The notes under the pieces are model-generated. The model was not told the DNA's origin. It made no database searches and saw nothing but the letters and a program-made list of their open reading frames with translations. From assembly GCA_977017645.1 (NCBI GenBank), contig OZ360222.1, forward strand, positions 81,282,001 to 81,346,000: a stretch of DNA of 64,000 nucleotides. Reading direction: 5' to 3'. Each line of letters begins with the position of its first letter. The stretch's first letter is position 1. Made by a program: the position numbers and the translations under genes. Source of the DNA: Torpedo marmorata. Lineage: Eukaryota. This document shows positions 24,752 through 37,969 of this stretch, in pieces.

Positions 24752-27700
24752 GTGAGTACTTCAATAATTATATCTCGGCTCCAAATATTTTATTGTTCTT
24801 AATGTCTAAAGCAAGGTCTTTATGCTAAAGCTTTTTTGTTGATTTTTTAATGGATGAGCGTAAACCCCAATATATGACGAGTTTATTTTTGCGTCTTACT
24901 ATTTTGACAAATGTGTCATCCAATAATTCTTCACATGAAGGAAGCAGGATAATGCATATTTTCATCGATGGAATGCATGCTAAATGTCTCTGCAGTAACT
25001 GCCGTGCTTTATGGTTAGAATAAGATGGTTGGTTTTATGTGAAATTGGAGTGGAATTACTCAATATTCGATCCTTTTATTCCTCCTCGTTGAAGGAAGTG
25101 AAAATGTTGGCCACACTGTGAAAGGAGCCATTCTTCAATTTAAATTAAGAACGAAACAGAATAAGATGGGGATTTTCAGTTTTATAAATTAAATGTTCAG
25201 TCGCCAGAACTGAACTGGCAGCGATATATTCGCCGACACTGGTTAAGGGTTGCTGTAAATATATCCGAGAGTATTTTTGTGAATCTTATTTCGACGTATC
25301 ACTTCAAGTACTGAACCCCAACTTTCATACCGTTTTTTGGGGTTTTAACACAATCTGCGACCTCTATTTGCGCAAACGTAGTTATTCCACGTGTTTTATT
25401 ACCCGTTTCAAAGATTAAACATATAGAAATTATAAACTAAATCACCCGATTATTTCTAAAGTTCGAAGTTAAAGACCGCATACGCAGGTTAGATCTCCGC
25501 GTCAGGTTAAAGTCTTGCAACTAGTCGTCGGGATGTTGACAAGGAATTTTAGCTTTTGTTTAGCAACCATTTCGCCACGTAAAGTGGCAACAGCAAATGG
25601 TTGAAGATTGCACTAAGAATGATACGGCTATATCTCACAAACAATTTCTGTCCGATCAAGCAAACAATAGATCATGCAGTTAAACTTAGTTTTATCTGTT
25701 ACTTTGGTGATCATACGGCGGTCAAATATGCGAAGCAATAATCGCTTTCCTCAGGGTACATTATTTCTGGTGCGCGCGTCCAATTTATACAGAAATAAAC
25801 TCGGTCCTGTAAATAAAATAAACCACACCCTCAATGATAGTCACTGATAACAGTGCTCAATAACGCGTGACGGATTGATGCCCTTCTCAGATAATTTTGA
25901 TAACACCAGTACCCCCCACCCCCTCCCCAATCAGCTTCTTTCTACTCAGCATCGATCATTATTAATGCACTGATATTCCCAAATTAAGCGCACACGCACA
26001 CTCTCGCTCTATCAGAAGATCGGAATTTGCCTTCGTAAAATTCCCGACCCGAATCTACCAGTCTTGGTTTGTACCTGGACATTAAGTCCCAGTAGAAGTA
26101 AGAACCTTTATGGAGGAGAGGTCGTTTTAAGGGGTTTTAAACCTAAAATAAAATGAAATCGGCATAGCTATCGCCGAACGATACACAATTAATCATGTGG
26201 TTTCTTTTTTAAAAAGAGTTGGAAATCACTTCCAGAGCGCAATTCTTATCAGCCTGGAGCCCCGCCAGTGCCGTGAGACCGTGAATTTTCTCCCGTCTGT
26301 TGCAACTTGTCATTGATAAAATAAGCAGGCAGGATGACGCTGTGGGTCACGCTGAGTACGGACGGGCGCATTGCCGGGCGGGTGTGTGCCGATCACATGA
26401 CTATCCTTACAGCACGCTTATTTCAACCAGAAAACTCGGCACAGCGGCTCTAAATGACACAGGCGCAGAGATCACTTGGCGATCTTGACCCCCTGGCCCT
26501 CTACCCCTGACGATATTTTGGCAAAACAGTGGCAGCTACTGTGACGGCCACCCCCTTGAATTAAAGAGTACTGGTTGCCAGGAAAGGGAGGCGTGTGTGT
26601 TGTAAAGAGGGTTGCAGCGTTTCCGAACCCCGTGGACATTAAAGCGAAAGTAGCCGGCTTCCATTTACTTTAAAGTACCAAATAAACCCCGGCACCAGCT
26701 CTCGCTCTGATAGGGAGGTTGTCCAAGGTAATCGTAAATCAATCACACTTTGCTAAAAGGGAGAAAAAAAGACGTGCAGCTTTTTCTGACAGTCTCCGTT
26801 TGCGATTTTATTAAAGCGCCTGTGCAGCGGCTGAGGTTACCCTTGTAGAAGGTTGCCACTGTGCTGCCGACTTCGGATTCCAAAGTTCCTGCTATTCTTT
26901 CCTGTCTCAGGCTCGGCGGCTGCAGCGAGAGGGACACGATGATGTAGAATGATCATTTGTAGGTCTTGTCCTGAAAATAGATGCTAGGGTTTGACAGCTG
27001 ATCCACTGTAGGCCTGGAGATCCTGGCGCGTCAGTTGCATTTTTTTTTTGCTTGCTTGCTTCAGTTTTGTTGTGACCACATGGGGTTGGTGGTAGGAAGC
27101 ACGTTACGTGCTAAGGTAGCTGGTTTCCTGGCCGTATGTAGTTTAGGTGTCTGTGTGCGAGAGGCGGATGTGTGTGTATGTACGTTAGAAGAGAAACAAA
27201 CGCAAGTGTGTGTGCCTGTGTGATAGAGAGAGAGAGCGAGAATGGTAAAGTCACATTGAATGCTGGGCCGGCGTGCCGCATTATCTCGGCGAGAAACAAC
27301 ATGATATCCTTCCGTATTCCAAGACATTTAGCGGCAATAAAGCGGCGGAAGGCGCGAGAAAGAGAACTAACGAGATGGCCCTAAAAAGGCACTTATGTAA
27401 CTTGTGAGCTGTGGTCAGTCTTACCATCTAACCAGTACAGATTTCGAGTGGATTTGGCCAAGATGTTGTCAGTGAGAATATACTCGTTATACTGAAGGCC
27501 CGTTGTTTCTCAGGCCGTTGCAGCAAACAGTCAGTACACAATGCAACCTCCCAATGCAGTGTATACATAAAACAGATTCACACTAGATGCAGTCAAGAGA
27601 ATGAATTTCTCAATAATCGCATGCATTTTCCAGGTCCTTTCATTACTGATTCATACATCTTCAGAAACTCAAATCTGGGGACATATAACTGAAAACTTAG

Positions 27701-29355
27701 AAGGCCTGGGAACATACAAACTACCTTTAACTTGCAAAGCTATAAGTTAAAAACACTTGAAGTAGCAGGCTGGCTGCTTGTTTACGTTTAAACAGTCTTG
27801 ATAGGACGTGGTCACATGGAAGTGCTTGAACTCGCCCTCCACTTAAACCCCTCGTAGTGGCACTCTTGAAATTTGATACCATTGCTTTTTAGTGTTTATA
27901 GTGACGCAGAATGCCTGCCAGTCAGATCCTGCAAATCAAGGACTCTGTTTACCCACGTTATGGTGGGAGCGCTTTTCCCCATCTAAAACAAGACCCCTCT
28001 TTGCTTTCGAGCCACGTTGTTTTCTCATTTTAAGCGTCTGCATTTATGTATGATGTGTTTGCATAGATGTTTTAAAAGTCTAGAAATAGTTGCATATATA
28101 TATAAGGTTAGCTTTGCTTAACCATTATTTCATTCAAAGGTGTCGCTTTTGCTGATATTTTGTCAGAGACGAGACCACGCTGGTAAGTTTTATGATAGAT
28201 TATTTTAAAGAAACAATAGTGTTTCAGCCATATGTATTTATTTTTTTCTGCATTTTCATGTAACGATACAGCTCAGGATCATGGTGTGTCTATCGGAATA
28301 GGTGTTGACAGTGTTGTCAAGGAAATGCTGCCGGTGTCGTTTGTTTAGATCGTTATAATACCATTGTGTTTTATGCTTTATTTGCATTTGTGGGATTATT
28401 ATTCGACATATTCATTCTATTTGCTTATTTGTTTCCCTGGAATGAAGTTGATGGTATTGCTGTGAAATGTTTAGCGTTTTACTTATTATCAGTGTAGAAT
28501 TATTTGATTTTCACTCGGTGAAAACCTTACATCCCGATATGATGTGCGTATGGAGGATTAAAACAAATCTTACTACAAATCTTAAGTATGACCCATAATT
28601 CATATCATACAGCGCTTGCAGTCAGTTGATCAAATGCCCTCTCCTTGGTAACACAGGTTGATAGCTCCATTGTGCTTTCTGAGAAATTCTTGCATTGAAT
28701 CCAAAAACTGCACACAGTTTAACTACTGTATTGAATGTTAAATGGTAACCATAGCTTCTAGAGCTTAAAACAAAACTATTGAATTCATTTTTGTGAACCT
28801 TTCAGTGAAAAAGATGCACAGAACAGGCAAAGATTGTTGGAGTGTAGAATGATGTTGAATCATTTATTGTCACTGTAACTCATCACATTGAATGTTCAGC
28901 ACAAATTCCAAACTAATATCCTCAGAATTACCAAACACAAATAACCTGTCACAGTGATTCCTGCACCATTGCACATTTTAAGAAATAATAAAGAAAAGTT
29001 TTCAAAGTAAAATAGATCTTTATAAAACTCAAGTTTTAATAATGTTGTACTGGTAATAGAGGAGTGTTAATAAGGTAACCATACGACTGGTTGAGATATG
29101 AACTTGTCTTTTTTTTTTCCATTTTCAAATTCGAAGTAATTTCTTCAGGCTTTTCAGCCTGACAGTTTGCCATAAGTTTCTGATCATTATTACTTGCAAA
29201 TAAAATATTTTGTGAGATATACAAAATGAGGGTTGTTTTATTGCAATCTAAATGGTCTGGTTGCTTTATAAATACTTAAATGTTTGTAATTCTAAAAGCA
29301 ATATCATAGGGAGCAGATTTTTTTCCAGAACTGGATACTTTTAGTTGTGATCATA

Positions 29356-29748
29356 AGCCCTTTTTACACAGAGATCCCTCAATACTGCCATAAAGAAGAC
29401 CCGTCATTAAGCCGGCTTTGCTTGTTTACACTGAACTAAACAACACCGGCATAATGCCAGGCTAGTGTGTCATTTTACACAGCAAGCAAGCATTCCGGGA
29501 ACAAAAGAGGCGGGACTTGTGGCGTCAAGTGTGACGTATAACATACACATCCTTTTCTGTCCTGGTCCCGGCTTGCCAGATCGCCCTTTTTACACAGACG
29601 TCGATTCGGCGCTGTGACTACCTCTGCTGCCGGCTTAAAGCCGAGACTGGAATGACCCCCCCATTCCGTGTTCGTACCTTTTACACAAAAGGCGTGGCGC
29701 AATAAAGGCACAACATTCCCGCATTGAAGTGGCTGTGTAAAAGGGGCT
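29356..29748. mobile_element. Non-autonomous DNA transposon (MITE), probably PIF/Harbinger-like
   Basis: TIR AGCCCTTTTTACACAG...CTGTGTAAAAGGGGCT; internal TTTACAC repeats at ~29425, 29474, 29588 and 29680. TSD unclear. Confidence 0.7.
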
Positions 29749-29749
29749 A

Positions 29750-30178
29750 CTGATTAGAGAAGGTAGGATTGTTTTCTTTGGAATGGTGGAATGGAGGCAG
29801 CAGAGGTGAGATTTAATCAAAGTGTTTAAAATTATGAATGGAATTGGAAGAGTTAGAAGGGCCAATTTACCTTGGCAGGGGGTTTAAAGCCAAGGGAATA
29901 GACTTAAAAGTATATGGGAAAATGATGAGAAGGACGACGAGGAAAAATATTTCCACTTGGATGGGGGCTTCTGATGGGGACCTGGGATTCAGAACATGAA
30001 AGGATGATGGAAGCAGAACCCTTATCAAGAAATACTTGAATTTGCGCCTGAAGAGGGGAGGCGGGCAGGACTACTGACCTAGTGCGAGAAGTGGGATTGG
30101 ATTGGATAGCTTTTTTTTTGACAAACATGGACATGATGAGCTGAATGGGCTTCTCTGTGTTGTACAGTTTCAATGATT
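29750..30178 (+). mobile_element. Old CR1 3' fragment
   Basis: GAGGTGAGATTTAATCAAAGTGTTTAAAATTATGAATGG (GDLIKVFKIM-like) and CR1 3' end GGACATGATGAGCTGAATGGGCTTCTCTGTGTTGTA. Confidence 0.75.
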
Positions 30179-31426
30179 TTGTGTATTCAACTGTTGGTGT
30201 TGCTTAGCAGTAACTAAAGCATTGGAGGGTTTAATGTGAAGTTTAGACAAGAGTGTCCATTGTTTTACGATGGCAAGAGGACACCTTACTCACTTGTCAG
30301 CAAAACTGCTGCATGCCAGGTAAAGTAGGCTCGTCTGCAAATGAAGGTAGTTTGCAACTGATGGGTTTCCAAGGGACATAATTTTATTTAGTTAAAAGAA
30401 ATGCATGCGGAATGTACCCATGGTAGGTGCATGTTTTGTATTCAAAAATCAGGCAAAGCATTTCTAATTTTCCCCTTCCATTCCACCTTAGTAGATGGGA
30501 AATCTTGATTCATTACACTGAACATGTTTGCCTCAGGCTCTGTGAAGTAATTGAGTTGTAACTCAGGTTAGGTTTTAAGGGTTCAAATTGTTATTTTAAG
30601 TTTTATGGTTAGATGCTCTAGTTAAGTTTTAAGTTTAAATGTAAGGCTGCATACTAGGGTCAATGCATTGTTTTTAAGGTTCACAGTTAATGATTTTACT
30701 AAATATTATGGTTATTCTATTGGGGAATGCCTCAGAGTTGAATCCTGATTTGATTTTTCTTTTTGTTTGATATTTAGAGTCTTTCAGGGAACATAAATAT
30801 CATTTTGGATTAATAAATACAAATGTATTTGTCAGGAAACAAGAGGGTATTCAAAAGGCAAGCACTTTGGCAAAGGTGCTAAGCAAGCATTTTAATTTGG
30901 AGAGGTTGCTCTATTTGGATTTTTATGTCAGCATGATCTAATTTTGCTATTATCCCATTTTGCTTACTTGAAAACATTGTCAGAAATGTGTACTGCAATT
31001 ACTCTGTATGCTGTACTGCAATCTGTCAATTAAAATGGCTGATACTTTTGGAGTCACACTTCCTGATTTTGGAGCACATTGCTTCAGTGATAACATTCTG
31101 TTAGAAAACAACCAGTAGCTAATAAACTTTTATTTGGAGCCCCAAGTAAACAAATATATATCGCTTTGACTTCTTGATTTACCTCTGTTACTGTTTTCTA
31201 GTTTATCCAAGGATGGTTTTCTTGTTTTGCGCTATGGTGTAATTCCACTTGATTTAGAACCTTCAAACTGTCTGAAGAAGATGTGAAGTTAGACATCAGG
31301 TTATGAAGTTCATCATTTTGAAGTTTTCATCACACCTCCTCTGATAAAGTAAACAATTCTAATTTTATAAACATTCTTCATTGTTTTTATTCTAATCCCC
31401 ATGCCCTCACCTATGTTTTCCCGCAG

Positions 31427-31517
31427 AAGGTTGTTGCTACTCTATAGTGGCCTTTAGTAGAAGGTGGAATGGACTAAAATTTGCTGACTATCAGAAGCAG
31501 TGCTTGCTTATAACAGG
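31427..31517 (+). other. Putative internal 5' UTR exon (91 nt; tandem CAGAAG acceptor)
   Basis: Branch-like TCTAAT, pyrimidine tract TTTTCCCGCAG acceptor, AGG|GTGAGT donor; contains stop codons. Confidence 0.6.
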
Positions 31518-34500
31518 GTGAGTGAGTTATGACCTTCATTATTTTTAAAATCTTAATTTTTAAGTGAATCATACAACTATAGAAATTAGTAATATTTTGT
31601 GAAATGGCACAATCTGTAAATGTGCCTTTAACTTCATACAAGTGCATTCTGTTTGATGAACTTTAACCATTTCATATCAGACATACTTCTGCCCTTTTTG
31701 TGAGACTCACAGTTTAACACTATTCATGGATGGCTTCATGTGTGGGTCACACTTGCTTGGGACTGGCTTGAGATTAATTAAATTCATTTCATTTGAGAAT
31801 TTTGTCAGTTGTTAACTCATTGACAGTTGTCTTCCTTGTTTGGGCTACTTTTAGACTCATGGCCAGGAAGGGAAAGCTTGAGGTTCCTTGCCTACTATCT
31901 TTACATATTCACCTGCAATGGCCCCTACTCCTGTTAGCATAGTCAGTCAGCACTTTCGAATTCCCATTTAGCTATCAAACTTTGTGAAAAATCGTTATTT
32001 ATTTTGTGTTAAAAAGGACAAAGGTCAATTTTGATTGGGTTTGATTGGATAAAGTTCATTTGTTGATGCAGTAATATTTTAGAAATATCAATGATACATT
32101 GCAATACCATGCACTTTGAATACTTATGAAGTGATTTTTATCAAATTATGCTTGTTTTTGAAATTAATGAATCTATATGGTGGGGTTGTGGCTACAACTC
32201 TGCAGCATAACAACGCCTCCTGAGAGACGTAGGATTGAATTCCAATTAGAAATGACGTTGATACTTTGACTCTGCGTAAAGACTGACTTTTCTAAGTTAA
32301 GTCAGCTTGGAAGTGGATGAAAAACAATCAGACTGTGATCAGTTCTTCACTCTTATTCTACCTCAACTAAAAAGAGCCATTGATAATATTTTGCTTCTTT
32401 CTTGGTGATGGAAGGTGAGATTGCATCATGGGATTTGAGGTGTTAGGAGTAAAATAAAAATAAGTGGTAAAACATTACAAATAGAGTTAAAATGTCTTGC
32501 CGTGCTGGGATTCTTTTAAGTGAAAAATGACATATTAAATGACATAGCTTAAAGTTAGGGGAAGCTGTAACTATTGCTGGTGGAGGCCGACAATCAACCC
32601 ATTTAAACAGCTATTATCATTAGAGGGTTTCCAGTTGATGCTGGTCACCTTTGGTCAGATTCTGTGATTGGGTTTAGCACTTAGCATCGTGGTAATGCAA
32701 CAACAGCAAAAAAAAATCACCTAGCTTGTATTTCTAGCAATGCCTTCTTTTCCTCTTCTTCAGTTTTATAGAGTAGGCATCCAACAAAGCTAATTTTTTG
32801 AGGATTAATTTTAAATATTTTAAATTAATAGACTGAAAAATAAATGTCATATCTTAAATTGGATAATTGCCATGCTAATATCAGCATTGCAACATTGGGC
32901 GCAACTGACGTGACTCTACGGAAACTAATATTTGATACATAGAAATGATAATACATAGAAATATATAGGAGTTGCAACATGGAAACAGGCTATTTGGCTC
33001 AGGCAATCCGTGTCAGGTTTTAATAACTAGATTTGAATTCTTAGAATTAGAAATGAATATTTGGGAAAATTATCAATAGAGCAGAAGCAATCACGCTACA
33101 CTGCAGGCTGCTTAACTACTTTATTCAAGCAGAGATGTATATTCGGATAATATTCATCTGAACTTTTGGGGGTTTGCTAATCCCTCAGGCAGGCTCAGTG
33201 TAAAGGGCAAACATATTTATAGTCATCCAAATCAGACAGCAATGAATGCATCACATATTGCTGGTATACCAATGTTGACACTACTATTAAATACAAAGTG
33301 ACACATAGTTCAGATTTTCCTATGTATTTATACAAAAAATATGAAGCATCAGAACAATGTTTATATAAACACGTTTATGAGCTTCCTTCAGTAATTTAGC
33401 ATAATGTGTTTTAAAAAAAAAAAAGAGATCACGAAGCTCGATAATTTCCCATGACTGAGTCACCAGCATGAAGCATGTAATTTAGTATGATTTAAGATGC
33501 ATATCTCTGAGTTTGTGCGTTGTTTCCAGATCGGCCTTCGTTTTCCTGACCTTTTCTGATACATTTTTGGCATTCGCCCCTACTCATTCCATATGTTGGT
33601 TACACAGGTTAAAGCTACAAAAAAATGCAATATTTTTAAGGCAGTCTGTGTAAATTGTACAGTCACCAGTTGCTGATAATGAAGGAGTAACAGTGAAGGA
33701 TAAAGCAACATTTTCACTTTTATTTGAAACAAGAATGTAGTCATTTCAGAAGTTAATTTTCCTGCAGGATTTAAGAGACTTCTAAAACAATTGTATCTTT
33801 TTTTTTTGTTCTCTTTCCATTATGTGGCACATAATTCTCTGGTTTGCAGAAGACTGAGGGTGATTTGTTTTCTGGCTTCTGCTAATGGTGTCAAGTAAAG
33901 AATGAGCCACCTGCTATGAGTCTGCATAAGTCTGACTTTGCATCTTTTTGTATCCTTTTTTTCCCTCTCTCTTGTCTGCAGTCTTTCCCCAGGCAATCTT
34001 GCACAACTTAGAATCGCGTTGCTTGGGGAACCATGGCCTTTCAGTTTATACCCCATCACTTCACACTGAAATTACTTGTTGGCCAAGTGTATGTTAGTCA
34101 ACCCAAGTGTATGTTAGTAGACCCAAGGAAAATCCCCATTCTCAATTCATCTAGTAGTTTTCTAATCGTCTCTCAGCTGTCATTTTTTAATCATCCTGCT
34201 GAGGCACTACCAATTTAATGGCCTATTCATGCATGATAGAGAGTCTGAAGCACATAACAGAATCCCCAAAATTAAAGGTCTGTTTTGACATTATAGCTCA
34301 TTTACTGAGTTTGTCACAACAGCAGTCACTGTCTATTATGTAGATGCACATACCATTATAACCACAGGACATTTTGCAATTTGCATACTTTAACACCTTT
34401 AGGTACCTATAACTCTCTGCCTTTCTGTGATCCACTGTGAATATATCAACAACAGAGGAAGTGGAGTGGACATTATCTTGGATTATGTTTGTACTTTGTT

Positions 34501-34759
34501 TAGATTGAAACTCTATTACAAAATTAAAGTATGAGAAAGCAGGTGGAATCTATTCTCCCATCACTTGACTCCTACCCAATATTAGATACAGTTGTTGGAT
34601 GGAGTTGTGATTCAATTGACCTAATGAGAAAGAGAAAAGATAGTGAAGAGATCATGGGTGTTTACCATGAGCCAAGATTGTACTGGGGCTCGTACTGAGA
34701 GGAGGTCACTTTTGGTAAAGGTGACCGTAAGTACATGCGACTTTCTAGAATTTCAGTAA

Positions 34760-35340
34760 TTGAATATTGATATTTTGTAGACTGTTAGTAACTTAAAAGG
34801 AGTTTTTTGATGAAGTTACAGTGATGGTTGATGAGGGGACGAACCTTGACATGATATATGTGGATTGCTAAAAAGCATTAGATTCCACATTATAAGCTTG
34901 TCTTCAAGATTGAAAGCCATGGTATAAAAGGGGCTGTTGCAGCATGAATAGAAAATTGTCTAAGTAACAGGAAACAAGAGAGTCAAGATGAAATGTTGGT
35001 TTTCAGATTGGCATCAAAAGTGCAGAGAAGTTCACCAGGGGTCAATTGAAGGACTGTTACTTCTATATAAGTGATTGGACTTTGATGTACAGGGCAGAAT
35101 TTCTAAATTTACAGATGACATAAGAGGCGGGAGGCATAATGAACAATGAGGAGAATAGGAATTGTGTTCAAGGAGACCTACTGGTGGAATGGGCAGATAG
35201 GTGGCAAATGAAATGTAATGCTGTATCAAGCGTTACATTTTTTGATAGGAAGAATGGGAAATAACAATAAAAAGTACAGAACATATTTTTAAATGGGGTG
35301 AAAGAGAGATTGTGCATGGTTCATTGTAGAGGGCAAGCAG
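34760..35340 (+). mobile_element. Decayed CR1 RT fragment
   Basis: Degenerate DMIYVD..KA, PGS..GP and SKFTDD-like segments. Confidence 0.7.
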
Positions 35341-35964
35341 ATGGAGAAAATAGTTGTAGACCATAGTTCATATTGTCTCAATGGGGTGTGCACACCATCT
35401 AGTAAATGCTCACGGTGATTGGGATTAACCTTTAACATGTGCTACATTCTAACATGCTATCTACACAGACATCAGGCCTTACACTGACGTTTAGTAAAGC
35501 AAGGGCGTAGCATATCTAGATTTGATATTTTCCCTTGTTAATTTGTGACAATCTCAGTGTAATTATTAAAAATTGTGATAAATCTCACATATTTAAAAGA
35601 AGCCATAGTGGGTGCTTTGAAGTAGCATTCAGATGCACAAAAAACACATCAAGTCCATGAGATTCTTTATGGTACAGACATCCATCAGCCAAAATATAAA
35701 TTTTTATTCATAATATTCGACATCCTAACTCGATCTTTTTAGAAAGTGGTATCCATGAATACCTGAAAAGCCGCAAGAACCCCGTAATGACCTCCATATG
35801 CTGCAGGAAGGGGTAGAGGTGGGGTTATTCAGGAACTGATAATCATAACAAATCTGTACTTCCATGGTGAGACAGTCAAGCACTTGTGCTACCTGTTGCA
35901 CTGAGAGATAAAATTCAACATTGGGACATTCACTGCATCACTGATGACATAAAGATTATTAGTC

Positions 35965-36748
35965 GTCAAGTTTATTATCATTGATTGCATACATACAACC
36001 CGACGAAACAGCCTTCTCTGGTCCTCGGTGCAAAACATGCAGGCACACAACCGGACATAACACACATACAGACAAACAATACATATGCAGGACAAGTATT
36101 CATATATACAAATAAATAAATATTGTTTCATGAGTATGAGAGTCTCGGATGGTTAGTGTGAGCAGTTCCTTTGGTCGTTCAGCATTCTCACTGCCCATGG
36201 GAAGAAGTTATTTCTCAGCCTGGTGGTGCTTGCTCTGATACTCCTCTATCTCTTTCTCGACAGGAGTAGCTAAAAGATGCTGTGTGCGGGGTGGAAGGGG
36301 TCCTCAATGATTTTGCGCGCCCTCTTCAGTCAAAGATCCCGGTAGATCACGTCGATGGTGGGAGGGAGACTCCAGTGATCCTCTCTGCCACCCTTATGGT
36401 CTTATGGATTGACCTCCGATCCATTTCTCTGCAGCAACCGTACTACACTGTGATGCAGCCAGCTAGGACGCTCTCGATAGAGCTCCTGTAGAAGGTTGAC
36501 ATGATGGTGGCCAGTAGCCTTGCCTGCTTCAGTCTTCTCAGGAAGTGCAGTTGTTGTTGTGCCTTCCTGACGAGTGAGATGTTGTGTGTCCACGATAGGT
36601 CACTAGTTAAGTGAACTCCAAGGAACTTCGTGCTCTCCACTCTCTCTACTACAGAGTTGTTGATGTGTAGTGGAGGGTGGTCATTCCTGGTCCTCTTGAA
36701 GTCCATGATCATCTCCTTCGTCTTGTCCACATTGAGACTCAGGTTGTT
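35965..36748 (-). mobile_element. Rex1/Babar-type LINE 3' fragment
   Basis: ORF 36443-36814 NNLSLNVDKTKEMIMDF...KFLGVHLTSDLSW...KAQQQLHFLRRLK; 3' end homologous to the 3295 copy. Confidence 0.92.
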
Positions 36749-36889
36749 ACGATCAGAATATTTAGTAATTATCTTCATATTGAGGCAGGTACTTGATTCG
36801 CATTTCCCATGCATTTCTAAATCTGACTCTGTGGCACTTGATTTGCTGCCTTCTAATGGAAATCATGGTGTCACAGAAATAGTAAAAAA

Positions 36890-37690
36890 AAATCATTCTA
36901 TGTCTGTGTACCAGTCCAAAAGAGCTTTCTGAATTAATTCCAACTTCCAACACTTTGTCTGTAGCTTTATAGGGCGCATATCACTAAATCAAAGTACTTT
37001 TTAAATATGATAAGATTTTTTGCTTCTACCACACTTTCAGACATTGAGCACCAGAAACTTATCACCCACTGTTTGAAAGGTCATTTCCTTCTCTTCACTT
37101 TAATCTTTCCACCAGTCTCTACACTTGATTTTTTACAGTTGGCCGAAGGAAATAGGACCTTCCCTCTCCAGGCCACTCATAAATTTATTCATTTCCTTTA
37201 AGTGCCCCATCACCCTCCTCTATTGAAAGAAGAATACCTTGACTTACTCAATTATTTCTCATACGTAAATTTTGCAGTTTTGACAATATCCTCTCAGATC
37301 TCCTCTGCACCCTCTCCAATGCAGGCACAACTTTCACAACTAACCCTAACTGTATGGAACATCAGGCTGTGTTCCAACTAAAGCTGTGTAGAGTTTGATC
37401 ATAACTTCCCTGCTCTCATATTCTATTTCTTGACTTATAAGGGAAAGCATTCTGCTTGCCTTGTTAATTACCTTATTAACCTGTCCTGCTATCAAGTGTC
37501 TGTGGCATACATTCTAAGGCTTCTCTGTTTCTCCAACCTCTTAATATACTTCCATTTATTGTAGATCCCTTGAGGTGTCATAGTGCTTTGTCTCATACTT
37601 TTCTGGATTGAATTCAAATTCCCAATTTTCTGTCCAAATGACATGAGGATCAGCATCCTCCTGCAGTTCTAATGCCTTTCTCCTCAGTTT
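36890..37690 (-). mobile_element. Old CR1 fragment
   Basis: CTCCTCTGCACCCTCTCCAA and similar segments shared with the other CR1 copies in this window. Confidence 0.65.
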
Positions 37691-37854
37691 CAACTCCATA
37701 GACGTTTAAAAAAAAAATCTCCCATTTAAATTGAAAATCATTAATGTGTGCTACTAAAAACAAATGTGACACAACATAATTAGGAAACATTTATGCCTCT
37801 GCCTCATAAACTGATGATTACATTAGTTGGTTTGCTGAGCATGTGGGGATTTGA

Positions 37855-37901
37855 TAGGCTGCTGGTAGCTTGTACAATGTGTACAAGCTACCAACAGCCT
37901 A
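37855..37901. repeat. 47-bp near-perfect palindrome (22-bp arms, 3-nt loop)
   Basis: TAGGCTGCTGGTAGCTTGTACA-ATG-TGTACAAGCTACCAACAGCCTA, one mismatch. Confidence 0.95.
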
Positions 37902-37969
37902 CTACTGACCTTCATTGAAAAGGAAATCATAAAGAAAGATCACCATCATCTATCCACATATGTCTCAAC

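Larger units (their letters stand above)
19400..28300. promoter_or_regulatory. CpG-retaining, transposon-free domain (CpG-island/hypomethylated promoter-like region)
   Basis: CpG dinucleotides are visibly much more frequent than in the flanks, peaking at 26250-27400. I recognise no TE fragments between ~17.2 and 29.3 kb. Confidence 0.7.

Noticed and set aside
22960-25605. Short hairpins (GCTCAAG-GTACAT-CTTGAGC at ~23838, others at ~22963 and ~25565)
   Set aside because: Stems of 7-10 bp are expected at random in 64 kb.
17200-34700. Conserved miRNA host locus
   Set aside because: I recognised no mature sequence of common conserved vertebrate miRNAs by eye; a miRBase/Rfam search is needed to exclude this fully.
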